In this document: positions 27,819 through 37,641 of the stretch, piece after piece | Layout: each line of letters starts with the position of its first letter | Position numbering within the stretch: position 1 is the stretch's first letter | DNA from: a virus | Reading direction: 5' to 3' (one strand) | Virus record (IMG/VR): IMGVR_UViG_3300005530_000025 | Coordinates: 4,179 to 68,178 of that record | DNA length: 64,000 bases | Position numbers and translations under genes: made by a program | Notes under the pieces: generated by a model | The model's database searches: none | What the model saw: only the letters and a program-made list of their open reading frames with translations | What the model was told of the DNA's origin: nothing

Positions 27819-28115
27819 TTACTCACTTCCGGTTGACGCCGGCAGGTCCTCAGCCGAGCTGGCGTAGATGATCCGGATCTGTTCGAGCACGAAGCTCATC
27901 TGCTCGCGCTGGCTTTGCATGGACCGGGCGACCAGGATGAAAACGAGTCCCTGGAAGGCGCAGAACAGGCCCGTGAACAGCACCATGAAGGCGAGCCGGC
28001 TCTCGCTGCTGATGGCATACAGCCGGAGCGCGAAGAAGGCGATGAAGACCCCCACGAACGAGATCGTGCCGGCTACGTAGAGGATCAGCCCGATCAGCAT
28101 CCCGACCCGGTTCAA
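27819..28115 (-). CDS. Two-TM membrane protein (holin-like)
   Basis: Two strongly hydrophobic segments. Confidence 0.55.
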   Translation of the reverse strand: MNRVGMLIGLILYVAGTISFVGVFIAFFALRLYAISSESRLAFMVLFTGLFCAFQGLVFILVARSMQSQREQMSFVLEQIRIIYASSAEDLPASTGSE

Positions 28116-28176
28116 TGCCCGGTTAGTGTCGTGGGGCAGCTTCTGACGCTGCTGCGGGATGGCGTCGATGGCGGGG

Positions 28177-28841
28177 TTACCTCCGGGACAGGTCCAGGCA
28201 CTTTTCCTGGGCGGCGGAGGCCAGCGGCGCGAGAGTGCAGCTGGCCGGAAGCGGATCCTGCAAGCCAGCGATGATCATCAGGGGCGGCAGGGCGGGCAGG
28301 GACGCCGACACCGACAGGCGCACCGGGATGCGCAGCGGGATGCTGATGCTGATCCGGACGGGCGGCGGGAGAGGCAGGCGGGTCGGCGTGGGCACCGGGC
28401 TGGGCTCAGGCGTGGGATCCGGGCTGGGACTCGGGCCCGGCGAACTGCCGGGCGGGCTGCTGTGGCCGCCACCACCGCCACCACCGCCGGGCCCGGATCC
28501 TCCCGTGCTGCCGCCCGTCCCGCCGGCTGACCGGGAGATCCCCGGCCCGCCCGTGCCTGTGGGGGCAGGAGCGGACGAGCCGGGGAGAGGACGCGCGCCG
28601 CCCGGGGGGAGTGACGGCCGCGCCGTGACTGGAGGCTGATGGACAGGAACCAGGGTGAGCGGGGTCGGGTGCAGCCGGGGCAGCACCAGCGGGAACATCG
28701 CCAGGACCATCAGGATCAGCGACAGCAGGACGATCCCGGCTGCCGATGACCAGCCCGCTCCCGCGAGCACCCGGAGCCTCTCGGAGCGCGTCAGCGCCAG
28801 CGGGCTGATCCACTTGTGCCGCGGCACGCCCGGCCACCTAC
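28177..28841 (-). CDS. Pro/Gly-rich membrane protein (start approximate)
   Basis: TM segment then PSPSPDPTP tracts. Confidence 0.45.
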
Positions 28842-29077
28842 CCCTGGCCACCGGCAGCCTCCTGCCAGCGGCGCAGGGCCTCCGGGACGGTACCAGTGTC
28901 CACCCAGGCGCCATGCCCGGGCCAGGCCACGGCCGGCACCGGGGCGCCGAGCACCAACCCGATCTCGTCCAGGATCTCCTGGCTGTCATCCATGGCCACG
29001 GCCAGGAAGCAGCCGCGCCCGGAGAACGGGTCCTCCAGCATCAGCTGGGGCCGGGTTACCAGGTCAAAGCGGTGCAC
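28838..29077 (-). CDS. Hypothetical protein
   Basis: GAGGGAG RBS directly after the giant ORF. Confidence 0.5.
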   Translation of the reverse strand: MHRFDLVTRPQLMLEDPFSGRGCFLAVAMDDSQEILDEIGLVLGAPVPAVAWPGHGAWVDTGTVPEALRRWQEAAGGQG

Positions 29078-29087
29078 GAGGGCTCCC

Positions 29088-32000
29088 TCAGGCCGAGATC
29101 ACGTCATCTTCGAAGTCGTCGAGAGACAGCCCGCGGCGGCCCAGGTCCTCGTCCTGGTCCTCATAGTGGGTGCCCTCCAGGCGCAGCAGGCCCAGGTTCC
29201 GGGCCCGCGTGCCCCTGCCCTCGCCGATCAGCTCGGCTGCCTCTGCCTCGGGCAGCACGTCAGCGGTCTTGGCCAGGTAAGCGCGGGCGGCGGCGGCGAT
29301 GTCTCCCCCGGCCGCTCCGGAGGCCTGGCCGGGAGTGCCGCCGGAGAACTGGCGCGCCGCGGCGGAGCGCTGGAACGCGGCAACGATGTCATCGAGGTCG
29401 CCCTGGGGCTCGCCGGCCGGGACAGAGACCTCGCCGGAGTCGGTGCCGCCACCAGACCACTGCTGATTGCCCACGGTCTGGATGGAGGGATCCTCTGGTG
29501 ATAGCGCGTCATCCATCGAACCCATTCCCGGTTCCTGGGTCGCAAGCTGGGTTCCCTCCGCCGGGTCGCCCTGGACGGCGTAGGCCGCGTGCACGCTGGC
29601 GCCATCGTTCATCCCGCAGGCCGGGCAGCTCCCGTCAGGCTGGCCGCCGTAGGGGTGCGGCACATCCTGGGCATCTCCCGCGGTGCCGTCGATCCCGGCG
29701 TCCTGGCGCTGCTCCTCGCCCTCGGTGCCGATGGTGGCGGGCAGGGCGGGCTCGGGCTCATCGTGATTGCTGGGCAGGCCCGTGCACCCCGCCGGGCATC
29801 CCTGCGCGTGCACCACCGGGTCCCGGAAGACCGGCTCGCAGTCGGGGCCGGGCGCGGACTGGCCGCTGGCATCGCAGCGGTAGCACTCGTGCCCGGTGAG
29901 GTGCTCGCCGGTCCCGCCGCAGCAGGGGCAGCCGCCAGCTGACGCGACAAACCCAGGGGAGCTGGCGGCGTCAGACCAGCGGTCGCGGCCATAGCGGCGC
30001 TCGTGATCAGTCTCGTGGTAGGGATGCGGGGCATAGCCGGGCGGCGCCGGGTCGCCCATCGCCATGCCGCGCTCCACGTCCTCGTGATCACGGGCGTGCC
30101 GCTCGTGGTAGGCGTCCAGGCCAGGCTCGTCCTCGTAGCCGTGCTGCTCCATCAGGTGGCGGCGGAACTCCTCGGCGTCATCGGCCGGGCTGAGGCTCTC
30201 CTCCATCCGGATGCCCTGCGGGTCGCCGGGATCCATGCCGGTCAGCGAGCTGCTGGTGGCGTCCCGGTCGCTGAAGCCGAAAGTGCCCTGCTCATCCTGG
30301 CTCGCGATCGAGGGGACCTGGAGGCCGGGCGGCATCGGGTCCGGGGCGCCGGGCACGAGTACCTTGTGGGCTGCATTCGACAGCGGCATCTGGATGAAGC
30401 TGCCCTCGTCGATTGATCCCCAGTTGTCCGGGTCCGGGCCGGCCAGCGGCCCGTAGCTGCCCGGATCCTTGTCCGGGTCAGGGGCCTCGGTCGCGCCGTA
30501 GGGCTTGGCCGGCGGGTGCGCGGTGACGTTCTCGCTGCCCCAGGGGCCGTTGGCCTGATCGGCATTGATGATGAGGCTGGCCAGGCGGGCGAGCGCCAGC
30601 ACCTCATCCGGGTCTTCCCCGGCGGCCAGCAGGGCGGCCACGGCGTGCTTCGCGGGCGGCTCGGCAGTCATCTCCGCATGCGTCCACATCTCGTGGTGGT
30701 CGTCGAAGGGGTAAGCCATCGGGTTCCACCGGATGGGAGTGTGCGCGCCCCGGCCGCCGGATCCGGCCCGGTTCTCCTCCGCGTCCATCGCCGTGCGCAT
30801 CGGGTCGAAGTAGTTCTTCCAGCCCCTGTCCGGGTGCACATGGTGGGTATTGACCTCGGGGTGCGGCTCCTCGTACCTGGCCCACCAGGAGTTGCCCTTG
30901 TCAGTCCGGACGCCGTGGTCGATGAACCCGCTGGCCTGGCGGGCCTTCGAGTACAGGCGGTCCATCATGGCCGAGGCGATGCCCTTGCCCTGCTGACTGC
31001 TGTGCAGCATGTGCACGGCGTAGGCCCGGCCGTCATCGCTCTGCGAGTAATGCAGGCTGCCGACGTGCTCGCCCCCCAGGTGCGCCTTGATGACATGGCT
31101 GGCCTGGGATGCGGGATGCGTGGACCAGTGCGGGTCGTGGTCGGGGTTCGGGCCGTCGGTGATCTCCAGGCCGGCCGGGCGGGCATGGGTCAGCGAGCGG
31201 GCAGTGACGCCGCCGGGCGGGCAGGGTCCGTCATGCCGGTACAGGCAGTCCTGGCCGGACAGCGCGGACAGGTGCGGCCGGGCGGGCACGAACGAGTGCA
31301 GCGGCTCGTGGCCGAAGAACTCGTCCCGCGGCTCCCCGGTGACCTCGTGCTCCATGCCCGGCTTGTCGTATCCGCCGAACAGGTCATCGACCTCGCGCGG
31401 CCGGAACAGCGCCGGGTAGCGCTCCTCGTGCGGCAGGCCGCGCGGGGTGTGGTGCTGGTGGCTCATCTCATCGCCGTAGCGCTGGTGCTCGGCCTCGTGG
31501 AACTCCTGCATCTCGCCATGGCCGGCCGCCGCCAGCCGGTTGGCGTCCAGGCCGTGGTGGTGCTCCAGGTGCGCGCGCACCTCGTGGTCCTCGGGCTCGC
31601 TGGCATACGGCAGCCTGTGCGCCGTCCTGCGGCTGGCGGCCGGGGCCAGCCAGGTCTCCGCCCAGCCGCCCGCGCCCCACGGGGGCATTGACTTGACCAC
31701 GACCTGGCGCGGCGGCATGCCCTCGGGCCGCGGGTCCTCGCGGACCCCCTCCCCCGTGCGCGTGCGCGAGAGGGCCTCCAGCTGGAGCGCCATGACATGG
31801 CTGCACGGCCGGCCCGCGTAGCGGGTGCCCAGGGACTTGTCCTGGTGGAAGCTGGCCCACGGGCAGCCGCACGCCCAGTGGTGCATGGACTGCGGGTGAC
31901 CGGGCCGCCGCTGGATGCCGGACTCGTACACGTCGTGATCGCCGCCGACCTCACCGATCACCAGCCCCGGGGAGGCATGGGTGATCCGGACCCGGCCGGC

Positions 32001-33896
32001 CTTGCGGATCCGCTGGGCCTTGCGCCGGACATCGGCCCAGCTGGCGGTGAACTCGAACCGGAAGGCGGGGCTGGCAGAGGCGGCGCCGAGCGCGGCCACG
32101 TGCACCTCGATCGTCTTGCCGGTATCGTTCCCGGTGCCGCCGTCCTCGCCCTCTTCCTGCCCTGGCGGGGCGGACGGGGCTGGCGGGGGCGGCGGCGGCC
32201 AGACATTCCCGTGCTGGTCATGGGTGCCCTGGGTATAGGCCGGGCCGCCGGCGTTGATGTGAGCGCCCGCCAGCGGCCACTCCTGCGGGTCGGTGTCCTC
32301 CGGATCCTGCTGCTCGCCGGCGGAGTCGTCCAGGGCGTCATCAGTGTCCGGCCCGGTGTCCATCGGAGCACCAGGGCTGACCTGCGGATTCTTGCTATCG
32401 GGTGCTGAATTGTCCTGGCTGCTGACCTGGTCGCTGTCCGGCGGGCCGGGCGGCTTCGAGCTGAGCCGGTGCAGCCTGGTCCACTCGCTCCACTGCTCCG
32501 GGCCGAGCACGCTGGCCCGGCCGGAGGCGGCCAGGTCCTCCGCGGTCGCCGGCGAGTCCGGGCGCGTCTCGGGGCCGGGGGTGAAGGGCATCGTCCCGCC
32601 GTGGGAGTGGTTCGCCATCCCGGCCTCGTGCAGAGCCTCGTGCCAGTGGCTGGGGCGGTTGCCCTGGCCCAGGATCCGGTCGATCCCCGGCTGGCCGTAG
32701 CCATGCTTATCGCGCAGGTGATCGGCCCAGTCGTCCTCGGTCACCGCGGTGCGCAGCATGGCCTCGCGGGCCTGGCGGCCGGCTCGCTCCAGCTCTGCGC
32801 TCTCCGGCTCGTCGATGACCGGCTGCTGGTTGGTGAACTCGGTGGAGGGCACGAAGTCACCCCAGCTGGCCCCGTTGCCGGTGTCGAAGTCATGCAGGTC
32901 AGAGCGTTCCTCGCCGGTCCAGGGCACCCGGCTCGCGGTAAAGGCCCCGATCTCCAGGCCGGGCCCGCCGCCGGCGGACATCCCCTCGGGGTACATGCCG
33001 ACGGTGGCGCCGTTGGCCTTCTCCTTGTCCACCCCGGGCAGCGGCTCATTCCACCGGCTGTCGCCCTCGCCCTCGGCGGACTGGTCGTCATAGCCGTCCG
33101 GGTCGCCTGCCCGCGGGATGGTGCCGTGCTGCGGGGCGTCCCCGGCATCGTCGATCTGAGTCCCGTTGATCGTGGTCGCGTGATGACGCGCGCCGATCAG
33201 TGCCGATGCCTCCTCGATCTCGGCCAGCCGGGCGAGCGGCGGAGGGAGCATCCAGGCAGGCGGCGGGGCCTCCTCCTGGGGGCCCAGGTTCTCGTGCACC
33301 CAGTCCTGCTGGGCTGGCTCTGCCCAGTACAGCCCCAGATCACCCTCGCCTCCGCTGTAATCGGAGTCCCGCGGGTCATCCGGCCGCCCGTAGGTGTCCG
33401 CGGCGGTACGGGACCCGACCGTGCGGATATACAGGCCGGGGTCGGGCCGCTCGTGCAGGATCTGGCCCATCTCCGGGTAGTCGTCGCTGGCCAGGTGCGC
33501 GAAGGACTGATCCTGGGTGGCGGCGATTCCGGTCAGGTACTCCTCGGCCGGCATCCCGGCCTGTGCCTCGGGCATGGCGCGCCAGGCGGCCCGGGCCTCG
33601 TCCTCGGTAACGTACCGGGCGGTCACCCCGGCGGGCAGGTTCGAGCCCGGCGAGCCGCCGCGGAAGGCATCGGGCAGCGGCCTCAGCTGGCTCTCGGTGT
33701 AGATGCCCTGGCCCATGCCGCTGTCGAGCACGACCTGGTACTCGGTCAGCCCCGGGGCGAAGGCGCCGGAGACGAACAGGACCCGGCCGGGCAGGCCGTC
33801 GATCGTCATGACCCGCTGCTGTGCAGCGAAGCCCGTGCCCAGTGCGGCCTGCCGCCCCGTCCGCCGGGTGGCATGCCTCTCGATGCGCCGCGCCAT
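29088..33896 (-). CDS. Giant (~1600 aa) multi-domain head-associated protein: SWIM Zn finger, GNAT acetyltransferase, His repeats, CxxCGGTG finger
   Basis: GGAGG RBS before MARRIERHA; WACGCPW...RPCSH; QQGKGIASAMMDRLY acetyl-CoA motif A. Confidence 0.75.
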   Translation of the reverse strand: MARRIERHATRRTGRQAALGTGFAAQQRVMTIDGLPGRVLFVSGAFAPGLTEYQVVLDSGMGQGIYTESQLRPLPDAFRGGSPGSNLPAGVTARYVTEDEARAAWRAMPEAQAGMPAEEYLTGIAATQDQSFAHLASDDYPEMGQILHERPDPGLYIRTVGSRTAADTYGRPDDPRDSDYSGGEGDLGLYWAEPAQQDWVHENLGPQEEAPPPAWMLPPPLARLAEIEEASALIGARHHATTINGTQIDDAGDAPQHGTIPRAGDPDGYDDQSAEGEGDSRWNEPLPGVDKEKANGATVGMYPEGMSAGGGPGLEIGAFTASRVPWTGEERSDLHDFDTGNGASWGDFVPSTEFTNQQPVIDEPESAELERAGRQAREAMLRTAVTEDDWADHLRDKHGYGQPGIDRILGQGNRPSHWHEALHEAGMANHSHGGTMPFTPGPETRPDSPATAEDLAASGRASVLGPEQWSEWTRLHRLSSKPPGPPDSDQVSSQDNSAPDSKNPQVSPGAPMDTGPDTDDALDDSAGEQQDPEDTDPQEWPLAGAHINAGGPAYTQGTHDQHGNVWPPPPPPAPSAPPGQEEGEDGGTGNDTGKTIEVHVAALGAASASPAFRFEFTASWADVRRKAQRIRKAGRVRITHASPGLVIGEVGGDHDVYESGIQRRPGHPQSMHHWACGCPWASFHQDKSLGTRYAGRPCSHVMALQLEALSRTRTGEGVREDPRPEGMPPRQVVVKSMPPWGAGGWAETWLAPAASRRTAHRLPYASEPEDHEVRAHLEHHHGLDANRLAAAGHGEMQEFHEAEHQRYGDEMSHQHHTPRGLPHEERYPALFRPREVDDLFGGYDKPGMEHEVTGEPRDEFFGHEPLHSFVPARPHLSALSGQDCLYRHDGPCPPGGVTARSLTHARPAGLEITDGPNPDHDPHWSTHPASQASHVIKAHLGGEHVGSLHYSQSDDGRAYAVHMLHSSQQGKGIASAMMDRLYSKARQASGFIDHGVRTDKGNSWWARYEEPHPEVNTHHVHPDRGWKNYFDPMRTAMDAEENRAGSGGRGAHTPIRWNPMAYPFDDHHEMWTHAEMTAEPPAKHAVAALLAAGEDPDEVLALARLASLIINADQANGPWGSENVTAHPPAKPYGATEAPDPDKDPGSYGPLAGPDPDNWGSIDEGSFIQMPLSNAAHKVLVPGAPDPMPPGLQVPSIASQDEQGTFGFSDRDATSSSLTGMDPGDPQGIRMEESLSPADDAEEFRRHLMEQHGYEDEPGLDAYHERHARDHEDVERGMAMGDPAPPGYAPHPYHETDHERRYGRDRWSDAASSPGFVASAGGCPCCGGTGEHLTGHECYRCDASGQSAPGPDCEPVFRDPVVHAQGCPAGCTGLPSNHDEPEPALPATIGTEGEEQRQDAGIDGTAGDAQDVPHPYGGQPDGSCPACGMNDGASVHAAYAVQGDPAEGTQLATQEPGMGSMDDALSPEDPSIQTVGNQQWSGGGTDSGEVSVPAGEPQGDLDDIVAAFQRSAAARQFSGGTPGQASGAAGGDIAAAARAYLAKTADVLPEAEAAELIGEGRGTRARNLGLLRLEGTHYEDQDEDLGRRGLSLDDFEDDVISA

Positions 33897-33982
33897 GTCG
33901 CCTCCTCCCTCCTTCCGTGGCGGGTGCGGCAGGCGCCGGGAATGGCATAAAGACGGCAATCCTGACGGGCCTGGCGAAGCGG

Positions 33983-34012
33983 TTGCACAGATACAGAGTT
34001 TCTTGCTAATGT
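33983..34012 (+). promoter_or_regulatory. Repeated promoter/operator; likely leaderless transcript
   Basis: TTGCAC-N18(...TTTCTTGC)-TAATGT, GTG start 6 nt later. Confidence 0.7.
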
Positions 34013-34018
34013 AGACCC

Positions 34019-34426
34019 GTGAGCGCAATGGTCATCAGGATCTGGCTGAATGTCCGCGAGGACGCCCGCGAGACGGGCTACCGGCCAGGTGACCAGGCTG
34101 CCTCGGTCACGGATTTCACCTGGGGATTCATCGGCGGCGACCGGCATGACTCACGCGAGCTGCGCTACATCCTGCCCGGCCCGGCGAGCATCCCGCTGGA
34201 TGACCCGGACCTGCCGACGATGATCGCCGGTCCCGTGTGGGCTTCCCTGCGCGGCTTCCCGGTGTACTCCTGGCAGCGTGACTGGATCCGCGAGGTCCGG
34301 CTGGCGCGCAGGCCCGGTAAGGGCGACCTGATCCGGCTGGAGGTGCCGGGTCCGTTCGAGTACTGGGGTCCCGTGTGGCTGGCAAGCACTGGCCTGGGAT
34401 GGAAACGAGTCGAGGAGCCGGCATGA
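34019..34426 (+). CDS. Hypothetical protein
   Basis: First gene of a tightly coupled + strand operon. Confidence 0.6.
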   Translation: MSAMVIRIWLNVREDARETGYRPGDQAASVTDFTWGFIGGDRHDSRELRYILPGPASIPLDDPDLPTMIAGPVWASLRGFPVYSWQRDWIREVRLARRPGKGDLIRLEVPGPFEYWGPVWLASTGLGWKRVEEPA

Positions 34427-34629
34427 TCATGAGAGTCCTCCGGTCGGTCTTCCCCCTGGTGCTCTGGCTGGTAGCCCTGGCCTGCGGCGCAATCGTGGTC
34501 TCCGGGGCATGCGTGGTGCTCAGGGCCAGCCCGCTGCTCCTCCTCATCGCCCTCGGACTGTGGTCGGCGGCCTGGACCTGGCTGTGCTGGCTGGCGCGGC
34601 GCGAGACCCGGAGGGTGGGACCGCGGTGA
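34423..34629 (+). CDS. Small membrane protein
   Basis: Two TMs; 4-nt overlap. Confidence 0.55.
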   Translation: MIMRVLRSVFPLVLWLVALACGAIVVSGACVVLRASPLLLLIALGLWSAAWTWLCWLARRETRRVGPR

Positions 34630-34774
34630 GGATCTCGCACGTGCCTCTCTACTGGATCGCCGCGATGGCGGGCCTGGCCCTGCGGCAGGGAGCCATGGCC
34701 TTCATCCGGGTGCTTATCATCCTGCGCGCGGCGATCTTCCTGGCCGCGCTGCTGGAGCTGATGGAGGGGACAGG

Positions 34775-35128
34775 ATGAAGGACAGGATCTACCTGGTCTG
34801 CGATGAGTACAGCGTGCGCAGGATGACCAAGCGAGAGCCGAGACTGACCCACGGCGAGACTGCCGTCATGGTCGATGTCGAGGCCGATCCCGGCGCCCTC
34901 CAGGCGCCCACCGTTGCCCAGAGGATGCATGTCACTGACTGGCGTAACGGCCTGGATCTCGGCGGTGTCACCATCCGGCAGTCCTTCATCACCATCGGCG
35001 CGGCTGCCGCGGTCCGGGACGAGATCCTGACCCGGATGGCCGCCGCCCTGGAGGCCGCCGGGTTCGAGGTGATCCCGCCTGCGGAGCTGGTGCCGGCCCT
35101 GACTGCCGGGGACGGAGAGACAGGATGA
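34775..35128 (+). CDS. Hypothetical protein
   Basis: ATGA coupling. Confidence 0.6.
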   Translation: MKDRIYLVCDEYSVRRMTKREPRLTHGETAVMVDVEADPGALQAPTVAQRMHVTDWRNGLDLGGVTIRQSFITIGAAAAVRDEILTRMAAALEAAGFEVIPPAELVPALTAGDGETG

Positions 35129-35517
35129 CCACGCTGACCACCGATTCCGTCGCGAGGTTCTTCCGCGATGCCGCCCGGGCTATCGAGATGCAGGGCTGGA
35201 CCCGGCATGGTCATGACGGATGCGAGGGACTGAGCCTGGCATCCGCACTGTGCCAGGTCATCCATCCGGGCGACCACCGGGCCGAGTGCCCCCCGGACTG
35301 CGAGGAGGCGGCCGACCGGCTGCTGGGCTGGATGCTGCTGACCGGGGTAACGCACCTGCCCGGCGGTCGCAGCGTCCGGGCCTTTAACGTCCTGGCAGCC
35401 TGGAACGATAACCGGCGCCGTGACCGGGAGCAGGTAGTGAGCCTGCTGCTGGGCGCGGCGGCCACCCTGGAGGAGCTGCCCTGGCGGCTGTCCGAGTTCC
35501 TGGAGAGCCTCCGGTGA
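35125..35517 (+). CDS. Hypothetical protein (DUF6197-like)
   Basis: AARAIEMQGW...AWNDNRRRDREQVVSLL. Confidence 0.55.
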   Translation: MTTLTTDSVARFFRDAARAIEMQGWTRHGHDGCEGLSLASALCQVIHPGDHRAECPPDCEEAADRLLGWMLLTGVTHLPGGRSVRAFNVLAAWNDNRRRDREQVVSLLLGAAATLEELPWRLSEFLESLR

Positions 35518-35870
35518 GCCCGGTCTTCGGCCGCCGCCCGGATAACCCGCAGCCCTTCTCGAAGATGATCGTGGCAGCCAGCCGCACCGTGATCACCAGG
35601 GACGAGCGGCGGCAGCTGGAGTACACGCTGCGCGGCGCTGAGCGGACCGTGGCCAGGATGGTGAACCTGCTGGAGACCGGACGGGCAGTCCGGCGGGGTG
35701 ACATGGCCACCCGGCTGGATGTCCTCAGCGGGGACCTGGGGCGCTGCTACACCGCGCTGCTGACTGCTGAGCTGGCCGACCGGCAGGCCCGGGAGGAGCA
35801 GGAGCGCAAGGCGGAGGAGGCCGCGATGGACCGGCTCCGGCGCGAGTGGAACGGAGATGACCCGTCATGA
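35514..35870 (+). CDS. Hypothetical coiled-coil protein
   Basis: Translational coupling. Confidence 0.55.
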   Translation: MSPVFGRRPDNPQPFSKMIVAASRTVITRDERRQLEYTLRGAERTVARMVNLLETGRAVRRGDMATRLDVLSGDLGRCYTALLTAELADRQAREEQERKAEEAAMDRLRREWNGDDPS

Positions 35871-36268
35871 TCACGGAGCTGATTCTGGCCAGCATGATCA
35901 TCATCGGCGGCATGACCGCGGCGATCATCGCCGCCCACCGGCAGCAGTCCCGGCGGATCCTCGCGCCCCGGGCGATCGAGGCACCGCGCCGGAAGGAGCT
36001 GCCGGCCCCGGCCAGGCCGATGGCACCGCGGCCGGTGTTCGTGCTGCCGGACCTGGATGACGAGCCGGACCCGGACGGGGAAGACCCGGCGGAGGACGGC
36101 GAGCCGTGCGAGCGCCCGGACTGCGACCGGAGCCTGCCGGCTCCCCCGCAGGAGCCCTGGGAGGTCCGGGTGACCGGCGAGACCCGGCGGTTCTGCTCAG
36201 GAGACTGCGCGAACGCCTGGGTGGAGGAAGACAGGGCCAGGCGGGTCAGCAGCGGGCGCCGCCGGTAA
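35867..36268 (+). CDS. Membrane-anchored protein with Cys4 Zn finger
   Basis: N-terminal TM; CERPDC...FCSGDC. Confidence 0.6.
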   Translation: MITELILASMIIIGGMTAAIIAAHRQQSRRILAPRAIEAPRRKELPAPARPMAPRPVFVLPDLDDEPDPDGEDPAEDGEPCERPDCDRSLPAPPQEPWEVRVTGETRRFCSGDCANAWVEEDRARRVSSGRRR

Positions 36269-36298
36269 GCATCCCGGCTGCCTCCTATAGCAAGCAAG

Positions 36299-37198
36299 GT
36301 GGCTATCCGGGCGATAGGGTGCGCGGGAATCCCCGCTCACCTCACTCCGACGATCCTGGGAGGGATCTTGCGTATCTCATTCCTGACGCGGCGCATCGCC
36401 GTCGTCTCCGCCGTCATCGCGCTGGCGGGCGGCACGGCCGCGGGCGCCCTGGCTGCGTCCGGCAGCTCCTCGGCTGCCAGCAGCCCGGCAGCAGCAGCCG
36501 CCGCGTCCGGCCAGATCGTCGGCTGCGTCAAGACCTCCGGCGGCGCGCCGCGGACGATGCAGAACGTCTACACGGGCGTGGCCAACTTCAGGGGCTGCCC
36601 GGCGGGCACCTTCCAGGCCGGGCCGTGGAACGTCCGGGGCCCGAGGGGCGCTACCGGAGCGAAGGGCGCGACCGGGGCCGCCGGCCCCCAGGGCCCGGCC
36701 GGGCCTGCCGGGCAGGACGCCCAGGCGCTTCCCTACGGCATCGGCCAGGTCCTCGTGGACCGCGGGACCGGCGCCACGGCGTGGGCGACCTACTCGACCA
36801 CCCTGGGCTCGCCCGCGGGTGACACCGAGTCCGGCACCTTCCGGTTCACCTGCAAGAACGTCACCGACGGCTGCAACCTGTCCGTCCAGGCCCGCGCCAC
36901 GGCCAGCGGGTACCAGGTGTACCCGCGAGTGCTGATCATCAAGGCCGACAACTCCGGCACGGGCGAGATCCGGAGCACCTGCGAGTACGCCGACGGCTCG
37001 GATAATGACGGCGCGTCCACGGCAGTCGGCACCTCGGCCACCCCGGTGCCGCTGGGCGTCGGCGGCACATTCGACTGCGGCGGCTCCCAGTCCGGCACCC
37101 CGGCCAGCGGAGTCACGGACATCAACGTGCCCGGGTCGGCCGGGCAGGGGCTGCATTATGATGTGTTCACCACGCTGGTCTTCGCGAAGGCCGGCTAG
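36299..37198 (+). CDS. Secreted collagen-like (Gly-X-Y) protein (true start probably ~36368)
   Basis: Signal peptide; GPRGATGAKGATGAAGPQGPAGPAG; paired Cys. Confidence 0.75.
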   Translation: MAIRAIGCAGIPAHLTPTILGGILRISFLTRRIAVVSAVIALAGGTAAGALAASGSSSAASSPAAAAAASGQIVGCVKTSGGAPRTMQNVYTGVANFRGCPAGTFQAGPWNVRGPRGATGAKGATGAAGPQGPAGPAGQDAQALPYGIGQVLVDRGTGATAWATYSTTLGSPAGDTESGTFRFTCKNVTDGCNLSVQARATASGYQVYPRVLIIKADNSGTGEIRSTCEYADGSDNDGASTAVGTSATPVPLGVGGTFDCGGSQSGTPASGVTDINVPGSAGQGLHYDVFTTLVFAKAG

Positions 37199-37256
37199 CC
37201 TGGCCTGGTCTCAGGCGCCCGGTGGCTGATCGGCCACTGCGCTACATATGCAGGAG

Positions 37257-37287
37257 CGGCCCGCCCCCGAGGGGACGGGCCGTTTCT
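37257..37287 (+). terminator. Putative intrinsic terminator between convergent genes
   Basis: CGGCCCG..CGGGCCG hairpin followed by TTTCT. Confidence 0.5.
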
Positions 37288-37299
37288 GTGCCGGCAGCC

Positions 37300-37518
37300 T
37301 CAGCCGGCCCTGACTGCGGGCGGGTAGGCCACGGCCAGGTAAGCGCGGTAGGCGGCGTCAGCAGCCTCCTGGGCCTCGTAGGCCCGGCCGTAGAGCTGGC
37401 CCGCGGTGCCATCGGTACGGGCGACCGCGCGGATCAGGCTCCACTGCCGCCACAGGTCCCCGGCGGTGACCGCCAGCTGCTGGTATGCCTGCCAGAGGGC
37501 GTCAGGGTCAGCGGCCAC
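37300..37518 (-). CDS. 72-aa helical protein, paralog of the C-terminus of 24832..27039
   Basis: Shared pattern LW..Y...RQW..I...AG..Y.R.YE...A..AY...LA. Confidence 0.65.
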   Translation of the reverse strand: MAADPDALWQAYQQLAVTAGDLWRQWSLIRAVARTDGTAGQLYGRAYEAQEAADAAYRAYLAVAYPPAVRAG

Positions 37519-37641
37519 GACGGCGCTTCGAGCCCCGCCCGCGGCGGACCGGGGGCTTGGTCACCCCGCGGGACCGGCCGCGCCCGGGAGCGGGGCCGGG
37601 CGGTGGCTCCGGGATGCTCCGGCTGAACCATCCGGCTGGCA

